From Candidatus Caldarchaeum subterraneum (GTDB lineage: Archaea > Thermoproteota > Nitrososphaeria_A > Caldarchaeales > Caldarchaeaceae), in the NCBI GenBank assembly GCA_015661775.1, contig DQVM01000012.1, positions 1-33,757 of the forward strand: 33,757 nucleotides of DNA. The letters are read 5' to 3'. Below, piece after piece: positions 20,431-28,008 of this stretch. The notes under the pieces are model-generated. The model was not told the DNA's origin. It ran no database searches and worked only from the letters and a program-made list of their open reading frames with translations. The first letter of the stretch is position 1, and the number at the start of each line of letters is the position of its first letter. A program made the translations under genes and the position numbers.

Positions 20431-21018
20431 TTACTCAACCTTTATACGTTGCCCTTTCTTCTCCTCCTCTTTCTTCGCCAACGTCACTTCCAGAACGCCG
20501 TTGTTGTAACTGGCTTTGGCGCTGTTGGGGTTTACCTGAGCAGGTAGCTCAACCTCCTTATAATACTTCCGCCTCTCAGTATCTACTTTTATGGTCAGCG
20601 TATTGTCATCAGCCCTAAGTTCTATATCCTCCTTGTTAACTCCGGGCAGCTCTGCTATTACGCGTACCTGCTTCTCCTCCTCTATCACGTCAACCAACGG
20701 CTCCCTCTCCGGTTTCAGCTGCAGCTGTGTCCTGCCTGTGAAGGCTCCGGGTCTTATGTTCCCGAATTCTCTTACAACAGGCTTTCCGTCTGGGCCTATG
20801 GTTATTGAGTATCCGTAGACTATAGGCCCTACTTCCCTGACTACCCCATCCTTGGTCTGCCTCTCCCTAACAAGCTCCCTGGGAGCCATCTCCATAAGCA
20901 TCCGCACCTCCTCCTCCATCTCCCGTATCATCTCCTCGATATCTTCGAAGAAGTGGCTTAGGAAGGGTCTTCTTCTCCTCCTTCTACGCATCAGCTCGTC
21001 CCAAAAGTCAGAGGCCAC
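20431..21018 (-). CDS. hsp20: Hsp20/alpha-crystallin family small heat-shock protein
   Basis: 195 aa. The alpha-crystallin domain is VDVIEEEKQVRVIAELPGVNKEDIELRADDNTLTIKVD...ELPAQVNPNSAKASYNNGVLEVTLAKK. The GTG start is preceded by AAGGAGGTG. An alternative ATG lies at 20991. Confidence 0.85.
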   Translation of the reverse strand: MASDFWDELMRRRRRRRPFLSHFFEDIEEMIREMEEEVRMLMEMAPRELVRERQTKDGVVREVGPIVYGYSITIGPDGKPVVREFGNIRPGAFTGRTQLQLKPEREPLVDVIEEEKQVRVIAELPGVNKEDIELRADDNTLTIKVDTERRKYYKEVELPAQVNPNSAKASYNNGVLEVTLAKKEEEKKGQRIKVE

Positions 21019-21079
21019 TGCAGTACACCTCCTTAACTATAAAACCGTGGCTCTTGTTATTAATTCTTTCTTAGAGGAT
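21019..21079. promoter_or_regulatory. 61-bp divergent promoter spacer (hsp20 / GT2) with two A/T boxes
   Basis: CTATAAAA at 21037-21044 (plus-strand sense, about 40 nt before the ATG at 21080). TTATTAATT at 21057-21065 (about 43 nt before the hsp20 GTG at 21018 on the minus strand). The assignment of boxes to genes is inferred. Confidence 0.4.
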
Positions 21080-22240
21080 ATGATATTTGAGTTTCTGACG
21101 CTTATCTCGGCGTTGGGTTGGTTGTATGCTCTGTTTTTGAGGAGGAGGTCGTTGAGGATGATTCCCCGCTTAGGGGAGTGCGCTCCGGATGTAGGTGATG
21201 TGCTTGTCTCGGTTATCATACCTGCTAGGAACGAGGCTGGGAGTATAGGGAATTGCCTAGATTCTCTCTTAGCTCAGGAGGGTGTTAGGCTGGAGGTTAT
21301 AGTTGTTGACGACTCTTCCTCGGATGGGACGGCTGAGGTGGTGGGGAGATACGGCGGAGTTAGGCTCATCAAGTTAGAAAACCCTCCCGAAGGCTGGCTT
21401 GGGAAGAGCTGGGCATGCGAAATAGGGTATAGAGCCTCGTCAGGTTCTTGGCTTCTCTTCACAGACGCAGACGTGGTTTTCCACGACAGGCTGTTCATCT
21501 GCAAAGCCCTGAAGCATGCACGTGAAAAGGGGGTTGATGCAGCTACCTTATACCCTACCCTGAGGATGGATGCTCTGTCTTTAAAGGCTATTACGCCTAT
21601 CCTAACCCTAGCGCTATACGCGTTGGTCAAGCCGCATAAGGTGGAGGATAGGGGGTCTGCCTTCATGTTCGGGAGCTTCATACTGATTAGGCGGGATGCT
21701 TACGTCAGGATTGGAGGCCACGCAGCGGTTAGGGATGCCCTTCTAGAGGATAGGGCCATGGCGATGAACGCTAGAAAAGCTGGGCTTAAGGTTGTTTTCG
21801 CAGACGGTGGAGGGGCTTTCTCGGCTGAGTGGAACAGAGACCTTAGGACGCTGTGGAATGGCCTGCTGAGGCTCTTCCTCCCCCTATTCATGAGGGGGCC
21901 GGTAAAGAGAACAGCCTCCTACACGTCGTTGATTATCCTGCTATCTTTAATCCCCTCAGCCGGTTTACTCTACTCGCTTATACTGGGTCTGCAGCCCCTC
22001 CTTATAATATCATCCCTAGCCCTCTCATCAGCCACCGTAGCTATAGCAGCAGAAGCTAGGAAGCATAAAGCGGGGGTTCTACCCTTAATCCTATGGCCTC
22101 TAGGGTCTGTTTTAACTGCTGCGGCTGCCGTAGCTACTTGTTACAAGGCCTTGAGAAACCCGACGGTGGAGTGGAGGGGGAGGAGGTATAGGCTGGTGTT
22201 GGATGGTGAGAGGGAGAGGGCTGTGCGGATCAACCCTTAG
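21080..22240 (+). CDS. Family 2 glycosyltransferase, membrane-integrated (CrtQ/HpnB-like)
   Basis: 386 aa from the ATG at 21080. It has an N-terminal TM helix. Motifs are VSVIIPARNEAGSIGNCLDSLLAQ, EVIVVDDSSSDGT, PPEGWLGKSWAC and FTDADV (DxD). Several C-terminal TM helices follow. The 228 nt of ORF upstream of 21080 run antisense through hsp20 and are not counted. Confidence 0.75.
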   Translation: MIFEFLTLISALGWLYALFLRRRSLRMIPRLGECAPDVGDVLVSVIIPARNEAGSIGNCLDSLLAQEGVRLEVIVVDDSSSDGTAEVVGRYGGVRLIKLENPPEGWLGKSWACEIGYRASSGSWLLFTDADVVFHDRLFICKALKHAREKGVDAATLYPTLRMDALSLKAITPILTLALYALVKPHKVEDRGSAFMFGSFILIRRDAYVRIGGHAAVRDALLEDRAMAMNARKAGLKVVFADGGGAFSAEWNRDLRTLWNGLLRLFLPLFMRGPVKRTASYTSLIILLSLIPSAGLLYSLILGLQPLLIISSLALSSATVAIAAEARKHKAGVLPLILWPLGSVLTAAAAVATCYKALRNPTVEWRGRRYRLVLDGERERAVRINP

Positions 22241-23378
22241 ACAGCAGGACTATGCTCTCCCTAGTCTCGCCTATCTTGATAACCCTCCTGGTGGTGGCTA
22301 CCCGTTTATTCACCGCTATTATCCTATCCACCTCAAAACCGTTAAGCTCGGCCAAGTAGGCGCATGGTATATCGACCTCAACAACCTTATCGGGGAAGAC
22401 GCCTCCGCCTATAACTACAGCAGCCCGCCCTCCTCTGCGTAAAACCCTATACATCTCAGCCAACGCGTCGTTTAGGTCGTGGAAATAAGCCCTCGCAACT
22501 GGAGGCAGCTCAACGTCTGGGAGGGGGTCTTTAGGAATGTTTCTAGGGTTGAGGCCTAGGTAAGAACGCATAGGAGCTTCTTTACCCCCCGGGAAGAAGA
22601 GCTCATACTCGGGCCAGTATACCTTCGTGTATTCTATCTTATTCAAGTAGGGGGGTGATGTTATTATGTAATCTATGCTCTCGTCCTCTATCATATCCAG
22701 CCTCCTGGCGTCTCCCTGAATTATAACGGCCTCGCAGGGTTTGAGGGGATGATCCTCAACGTCTTTAATCATCTTCTTAACGATTCTGAAGAACATCCTA
22801 CGTAGTGAAGGGGGTTTGGGTATGTCCCGCCTCACCTTAACAACAGCTCCGTCCCTGTATATGTAAGATGTCTCCTCAGCGGCCTTCATCAAGGCTAGTA
22901 GGAAAAACTCACGATACTCCTCGTCTTGTATCTTGGCGTTAATCAGCTCCCTTAGGAAAATTAGGTCCTCTAAGGCGTAGCGGGAGAAGAGCTGGCGTAG
23001 AAATCCTTTGACATGCTCTATGCCGGGTCTTCTGAACCTCTCCTCCCTAAGGCCGTCCCTCAACCCCCTGAGCTTATCCACGTAGTAGTCCCTAACCTTA
23101 ACCCTGGCCACCATCGTGAAGAGGGGGGAGACGTCTACTCCAACGCTATCCAACCCCAGCTCCCTACACGTCAAGCATGTAGTACCAACACCGACAAACG
23201 GGTCCAGCACAGTATCCCCCCGCCCAGCCCCAAACCTGCTGAGCATAAGACCGACGAAATCCCTCGAAAACCCCTCCTTAAAGAAAAACCACCTATGCCG
23301 AGGGAGGCTTTTGTTGGGGATGAACGTAACCAACCTACCCAAGTCATACCGCTCCTCAACCACATACCTAACCTCCAT
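22230..23378 (-). CDS. DNA N4-cytosine/N6-adenine methyltransferase, orphan (no restriction partner in the window)
   Basis: 382 aa. AdoMet motif I VLDPFVGVGTT at about residue 57. Catalytic motif IV IITSPPYLNKIEY at about residue 240. This is followed by EMYRVLRRGGRAAVVIGG. The 3' end overlaps the GT2 gene by 11 nt. Confidence 0.7.
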   Translation of the reverse strand: MEVRYVVEERYDLGRLVTFIPNKSLPRHRWFFFKEGFSRDFVGLMLSRFGAGRGDTVLDPFVGVGTTCLTCRELGLDSVGVDVSPLFTMVARVKVRDYYVDKLRGLRDGLREERFRRPGIEHVKGFLRQLFSRYALEDLIFLRELINAKIQDEEYREFFLLALMKAAEETSYIYRDGAVVKVRRDIPKPPSLRRMFFRIVKKMIKDVEDHPLKPCEAVIIQGDARRLDMIEDESIDYIITSPPYLNKIEYTKVYWPEYELFFPGGKEAPMRSYLGLNPRNIPKDPLPDVELPPVARAYFHDLNDALAEMYRVLRRGGRAAVVIGGGVFPDKVVEVDIPCAYLAELNGFEVDRIIAVNKRVATTRRVIKIGETRESIVLLSKG

Positions 23379-23473
23379 ACATAAATCATGTTCAACAAGG
23401 CCTCTATTACCGTTTTCAGTAAGGCGGCCTTACCTAAGCGGATGCAAAAACCTCCGTTTTGTAGCTGAGGAGA

Positions 23474-23496
23474 GTTTATAGCGTTGCGCTATAAAC
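23474..23496. promoter_or_regulatory. Perfect 23-bp palindrome (GTTTATAGCG-TTG-CGCTATAAAC) containing a TATA-like box on each strand
   Basis: 10-bp arms with a 3-nt spacer, read directly. The plus-sense TTTATA is centred about 40 nt upstream of the TTG start at 23519. Confidence 0.45.
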
Positions 23497-23518
23497 CTTA
23501 TAACAGGGTGTTAAGGCC

Positions 23519-23836
23519 TTGACGGAGGGAAAGCCTACTAAGGAAGAGATACTAAACGCCTTGAAGAACGTCTACGACCCTGAGATACCTGTAAACATAG
23601 TGGACCTTGGCCTAGTCTATGAGATCGACATACGGGATGACGGGACGGTTTACGTCAAGATGACGTTAACAGCGCCTGGCTGTCCTATAGGTGTCTTCAT
23701 AACGGATCAGGTTAAGCAGGCTGTGATGGCTACAATACCTTGGGTTAAGGATGTTGAGGTTGATTTGGTGTTTGACCCTCCTTGGTCGCCTGATAAGATG
23801 AGTGAGGAAGCTAAGGCCCTGCTTGGTTTCACGTAG
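23519..23836 (+). CDS. DUF59/MIP18-family Fe-S cluster assembly protein (SufT/PaaD-like)
   Basis: 105 aa. ILNALKNVYDPEIPVNIVDLGLVYEIDI...VYVKMTLTAPGCPIG is the hallmark DUF59 motif. TTG start, with no in-frame ATG nearby. Confidence 0.8.
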   Translation: MTEGKPTKEEILNALKNVYDPEIPVNIVDLGLVYEIDIRDDGTVYVKMTLTAPGCPIGVFITDQVKQAVMATIPWVKDVEVDLVFDPPWSPDKMSEEAKALLGFT

Positions 23837-23859
23837 CTGTTGCTCCACTCTAGGTTTGC

Positions 23860-24342
23860 TCAGCCTCCGTAGAACCAGCCTGTATCCCACATCTCCAGCG
23901 GCTTGGCGTCTGCCCTTCTAAGGCCCACCTCTATAACCTCAGCCACGAAGACCGTGTGATCCCCCTTCTTCACGGACTCAACCACCCTGGCCTCGAACCA
24001 CGCGGGTAGGTCTATTAAGAGCGGGGCCCTGCTGTTGGGGGCTTCCTCGAAACTGTAGCCGTTTATCTTATCTCCCTCCACCTGCGAGGGCTTGAAGAAA
24101 GCAGCAGCCACCTCCTTCTGGTCGGCGGCCAGTATATTCACAGCCATCATACCGCTCTTCTCGATGAGCTCATGTAGTTTACTATCCCTCTTAACGCCCA
24201 GCATGACTAGGGGAGGCTGGAAGGATGCTTGGGAAAGCCAGTTTACAGTCCCCGCTGCTATCTCTTCTCCGTCTCTGGCGGTAAGCACGTATAGGCCGTA
24301 GGTGAGCAGCCTCAGAACCCTCTTCTTAACTCCCTCATCCAC
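23860..24342 (-). CDS. Flavin reductase-like FMN-binding domain protein
   Basis: 160 aa. LLTYGLYVLTARDGEEIAAGTVNWLSQASFQPPLVMLGV...NILAADQKEVAAAFF... is typical of the split-barrel flavin reductase family. The GTG start is preceded by GAGGTGA. Confidence 0.7.
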   Translation of the reverse strand: MDEGVKKRVLRLLTYGLYVLTARDGEEIAAGTVNWLSQASFQPPLVMLGVKRDSKLHELIEKSGMMAVNILAADQKEVAAAFFKPSQVEGDKINGYSFEEAPNSRAPLLIDLPAWFEARVVESVKKGDHTVFVAEVIEVGLRRADAKPLEMWDTGWFYGG

Positions 24343-24435
24343 CTTTACTCACCTCGCTTTAAGAGGAGCTTTACAAGGGCGATAAAGGTTTTATCCAGCT
24401 AAACAGCGGCCGGGTTCCTCTAGGAGGGGTTAACG

Positions 24436-24444
24436 TTTTATTAT
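24436..24444 (+). promoter_or_regulatory. TATA-like box (TTTTATTAT) upstream of valS
   Basis: It is centred about 31 nt upstream of the ATG at 24471 but only about 10 nt upstream of the ATG at 24450. This favours 24471 as the real start. Confidence 0.35.
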
Positions 24445-24470
24445 CCGGCATGGTGTTGTTTTTGGAAGGT

Positions 24471-26822
24471 ATGGAGCTTAGGCCTAGGATTGAGGAGACC
24501 CGCTGGCTTCCCAGCATGGAGGTGAAGCTCCTAGAGGAGTGGGGGAGGGAGAAGCTCTACACCTTCAAACCCAGCTCCAAGAAGAAGAAATTCATCATAG
24601 ACACACCTCCGCCCTACCCAAGCGGGAGGCCCTGGCATATAGGCGCAGCTGCCCAGTATTCGCAGATAGATATGATAGCGAGAGCAGGTAGGATGATGGG
24701 TTACGAGGTCTACTTCCCGATAGGTATTGATAGGAACGGCCTTCCAGTGGAGATATTCACGGAGAAGCAATACGGGGTATCTATGAAGGATATGCCTAGG
24801 GAGAGGTTCATCGAGCTCTGCAGCAAATCCCTAGACGAGCTGGAGGCTGATATGCTCAACATAATGAAACGCCTAGGGCTGAGCGGCGATTTCAACAACT
24901 ACTACAGGACAGACTCCGTGGAGTATAGAACCTTAACCCAGAGTACCTTCATCAAGCTCTGGAGGAAGGGATTGGTGTATCAAGCTACTAGGCCGAATAA
25001 CTACTGCCACGTATGTAACACTACGATAGCCGACGCTGAGGTGGAGTACGAGCCTCTAGCATCCAAGCTAGTTTACATAAGGTTTAAAGTCCCTGGAAAG
25101 GAGGATTTGATAATAGCCACCACAAGACCTGAGCTGCTCTGCTCATGCAGAGCTGTTATAGTAAACCCCGGTGATGAACGTTACAGGGATTACCAAGGTT
25201 TGAAGGCGGTAACCCCAATCTATAACGTGGAGGTTCCTATAATCCCCCACCCAGCCGCCAAGCCTGAGTTCGGGACGGGGGTTGTTATGGTGTGCAGCTA
25301 CGGGGACTATGCTGATGTTCAGCTCTTCAGGGAGCTGGGGCTTCAGGAGGTTGTAGCTATAGACGAGAGCGGGAGAATGACCGGGGCGGCTGGGTTTTTA
25401 TCGGGTTTAACGGTTCAGGAGGCTAGGGAGAGGATAATCCAAGAGCTGGAGAAGAACGGTTACCTGGTGAAGGTTGAGGAGATAATCCACAACACTCCGA
25501 TATGCGAGAGGAGCAAAAACCCGATAGAGATAATCCCTATGAAGGAGTATTACCTGAAGCAGCTGGACTTCATCCAAGACCTTCTACGGCTCGTGGAGCG
25601 TATGCGTTTCCATCCACCCCACGCTAGGCAGCTGCTGGTTAGCTGGATAAACTCGCTTAGAATAGACTGGCCCATATCCCGTAGAAGATACTACGCAACC
25701 GAGGTTCCTGTATGGTATTGTAAATCCTGCGGAGAGCCTCATATACCTCCTGAGGGGAGGTATTACAGGCCTTGGAAAGAGGCCGCCCCGTTTAAGGAGT
25801 GTAAGAAATGCGGGGGGAGGGAGTTCGTGGGTGATGAGAGGACGTTTGACACCTGGATGGACTCCAGCATATCGCCGTTGTTCATCATAATGGATAGGAG
25901 GACGGGTAGGATAAGGTGGAGCCTATACCCTACTGGGATAAGGCCTCAGGGGAAGGATATAGTTAGGACCTGGCTCTACTATACTCTGCTGAGGTGCTAC
26001 CAGCTTACTGGGAGGGAGCCGTTTAGGCGTGTCTGGATAGGGGGGTTGGGGCTTGATGAGAAGGGTGAGAAGATGAGCAAGAGCAGGGGAAACGTTATAG
26101 ACCCAGTCCCTATACTTGAGAAGTATGGAGCGGACTGCTTTAGGTTCTGGAACGCCCAGGAATCCAGCTTGGGGGAGGACTTCAGGATATCAGAAGCCCG
26201 TATAGCTGCTGCTGGGAAGTTCCTGACGAAGCTCTGGAACGTGGCCCGTTACGTCTCGCAGTTCCCCAACCCAAGAAAAGCTAGGCTCACCGCAACGGAT
26301 AAGTGGATTCTATCAGAACTCTCCGTGCTGGTGGAGGAGTGTATAGAAGGGTATAAGGAGTTTAACTTCTTCATCCCAGCCATCAAGATAAGAGACTTCA
26401 TGTGGAACACCTTCGCCTCACATTACATAGAAATGTCAAAGCCAAGGGCCTACGCAATAGGTTTCAGCAAACAGGAGCAACAGGGAGCTTGGAAGACCCT
26501 CCACACATGCTTAAGAACATGCCTCCTACTCCTAGCGCCTATAACACCGTTCATAACAGACGTTGTGTGGCGGAGGCTATACGGCAGGAGGAGCATACAC
26601 CTTATGCGCTTCCCAAAGCCTGTGTGGGATAAGAAATACACCGTATACACGGAGGAGATTAAGCAGTTCAACTCTAGCGTTTGGGGTTTGAAGAAGTCAA
26701 GGGGGCTCTCGCTTAAAGATAGCATAGAGTATGAGATACCTGAGTCGCTGAGGCAGTTTAGGAAGGACCTGGTGGCTATGCATAGGATTGTGGAGAGGCC
26801 TGAGATAAGCGTCCAGAAATGA
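24471..26822 (+). CDS. valS: Valine--tRNA ligase (class Ia aminoacyl-tRNA synthetase)
   Basis: HIGH-type motif PWHIGAA and KMSKS motif EKMSKSRGN. It also has an editing-domain segment IATTRPELL and a CxxC...CxxC zinc knuckle. A length of about 783-790 aa fits archaeal ValRS rather than LeuRS or IleRS. An alternative start lies at 24450. Confidence 0.72.
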   Translation: MELRPRIEETRWLPSMEVKLLEEWGREKLYTFKPSSKKKKFIIDTPPPYPSGRPWHIGAAAQYSQIDMIARAGRMMGYEVYFPIGIDRNGLPVEIFTEKQYGVSMKDMPRERFIELCSKSLDELEADMLNIMKRLGLSGDFNNYYRTDSVEYRTLTQSTFIKLWRKGLVYQATRPNNYCHVCNTTIADAEVEYEPLASKLVYIRFKVPGKEDLIIATTRPELLCSCRAVIVNPGDERYRDYQGLKAVTPIYNVEVPIIPHPAAKPEFGTGVVMVCSYGDYADVQLFRELGLQEVVAIDESGRMTGAAGFLSGLTVQEARERIIQELEKNGYLVKVEEIIHNTPICERSKNPIEIIPMKEYYLKQLDFIQDLLRLVERMRFHPPHARQLLVSWINSLRIDWPISRRRYYATEVPVWYCKSCGEPHIPPEGRYYRPWKEAAPFKECKKCGGREFVGDERTFDTWMDSSISPLFIIMDRRTGRIRWSLYPTGIRPQGKDIVRTWLYYTLLRCYQLTGREPFRRVWIGGLGLDEKGEKMSKSRGNVIDPVPILEKYGADCFRFWNAQESSLGEDFRISEARIAAAGKFLTKLWNVARYVSQFPNPRKARLTATDKWILSELSVLVEECIEGYKEFNFFIPAIKIRDFMWNTFASHYIEMSKPRAYAIGFSKQEQQGAWKTLHTCLRTCLLLLAPITPFITDVVWRRLYGRRSIHLMRFPKPVWDKKYTVYTEEIKQFNSSVWGLKKSRGLSLKDSIEYEIPESLRQFRKDLVAMHRIVERPEISVQK

Positions 26823-27280
26823 CGAGGAGTAAAACCCCAGAGCTTACCGTAGGGGCCTTCATAATAAACAGAGACGGGGATATCCTCCTAGTCCAAAGCC
26901 CCAAGTGGAGCGGGGGCTGTTACTCAATCCCCGGAGGGCATGTTGAGTACGGCGAGTCTATATTCAGGGCTGTGAGGAGGGAGGCGTATGAGGAGGTGGG
27001 GCTTCGTGTTAAACCCCTAACCCTCTACATGGTGCAGGAGGTGATAAACCCAAGGGAGTTCCACGAGTCGGGCAGGCACTTCATATTCTTCGACGTACTC
27101 TGCAAAGCCCTAACCACCAGCGTCAGGATAGATAATGCCGAGATAACCGGGTACGTGTGGGTTAAGCCGAGGGAGGCCCTTAAGCTGAGGCTGGAGAAAT
27201 ACACCAAAAACCTACTATCAGCCTACGTGGCGTATGGCTCTAGGGTTAGGGGCCCGATTGTTAAGATAGCCACGCGTTAA
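26819..27280 (+). CDS. Nudix hydrolase
   Basis: 153 aa with a perfect Nudix box, GHVEYGESIFRAVRREAYEEVGL (G-x5-E-x7-REUxEExGU). The start overlaps the valS stop (ATGA). Confidence 0.85.
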   Translation: MTRSKTPELTVGAFIINRDGDILLVQSPKWSGGCYSIPGGHVEYGESIFRAVRREAYEEVGLRVKPLTLYMVQEVINPREFHESGRHFIFFDVLCKALTTSVRIDNAEITGYVWVKPREALKLRLEKYTKNLLSAYVAYGSRVRGPIVKIATR

Positions 27281-27999
27281 TCCAGTTTTATTGGAAGGTC
27301 GTCGTTGTCCAAAACTACGTTAAGGCTGGGATCTACGTAGAGCCTAACAGCCCTCAGCTCAACCCCGCTCTCACCAGCCTCCCTCAGCAGCGTAGGCATG
27401 ATGGGGTCTCCCTCAATACACGGCTTAAAACCAACAGCCCTTGGATGACAGGCCAAGAAGGTTATTATCACCCTCCCGCCCCTCCTAGCCAGTTTAGCTA
27501 GGAGCTTCACATGCCTCCTCCCCCTCTCGCTTACCGTGTCAGGGTACATCGCATAGCCATCGCTGTGATCCAAGTAAACTGCCGACTTAAGCTCCATATA
27601 CCCCCTCCGGCCCCTCCCTCCCCTAATCAAGTAATCTATCCTAGAGTCCATAACCTTAACATCCCGCTTCAGTAGGGAATAGCCTGAGAACCAGCTTACG
27701 GCGTTGACGGATAGAGCCTTCTCGAAGTATCTTGACTGCATATACGTGTCGAGTAAAGCTGCTCCTCCCCCCTCCACAGGGGCTCCTACCAGCAGGGCGT
27801 GGGTTCTCCCTCTCGGCCGGGGTTGGACAAGGATGGGGGCGCCTTCGTAGATGAAATCCGGGAGCCTGCCTGTGTTCCTCAGGTGGCAGAGGAACCTAGC
27901 TCCTTCAGCCTCAGCCAATACGGAGACCCTAGAGAGCCTGTCAACTACAAAAGCTAGGAAGACGTCGTCAACCCTGCCCAAAACAACCTTATTCCCCAT
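27277..27999 (-). CDS. sfsA: SfsA-family protein (sugar fermentation stimulation protein homologue; nuclease-like fold)
   Basis: 240 aa. FVVDRLSRVSVLAEAEG...CHLRNTGRL and the C-terminal ...GYMELKSAVY...YPDTVSERGRRHVKLLAKL...ITFLACHP pattern are typical of SfsA. A GGAGGT sequence lies immediately upstream and overlaps the preceding stop. Confidence 0.7.
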   Translation of the reverse strand: MGNKVVLGRVDDVFLAFVVDRLSRVSVLAEAEGARFLCHLRNTGRLPDFIYEGAPILVQPRPRGRTHALLVGAPVEGGGAALLDTYMQSRYFEKALSVNAVSWFSGYSLLKRDVKVMDSRIDYLIRGGRGRRGYMELKSAVYLDHSDGYAMYPDTVSERGRRHVKLLAKLARRGGRVIITFLACHPRAVGFKPCIEGDPIMPTLLREAGESGVELRAVRLYVDPSLNVVLDNDDLPIKLD

Positions 28000-28008
28000 T
28001 CAAACCTC

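Noticed and set aside
20968-20988. Run of seven consecutive Arg codons near the hsp20 N-terminus (MRRRRRRRPF)
   Set aside because: It is curious, but small-HSP N-terminal regions are highly variable and low-complexity. If translation starts at the ATG at 20991 the run simply forms a basic N-terminus. There is no evidence of a separate function.
20852-21079. 5' extension of the GT2 ORF (76 codons) running antisense through hsp20
   Set aside because: The product is a Ser/Ile/Leu low-complexity sequence opposite the hsp20 N-terminal region. The glycosyltransferase TM helix and catalytic domain begin at the ATG at 21080, which also has a plausible TATA box.
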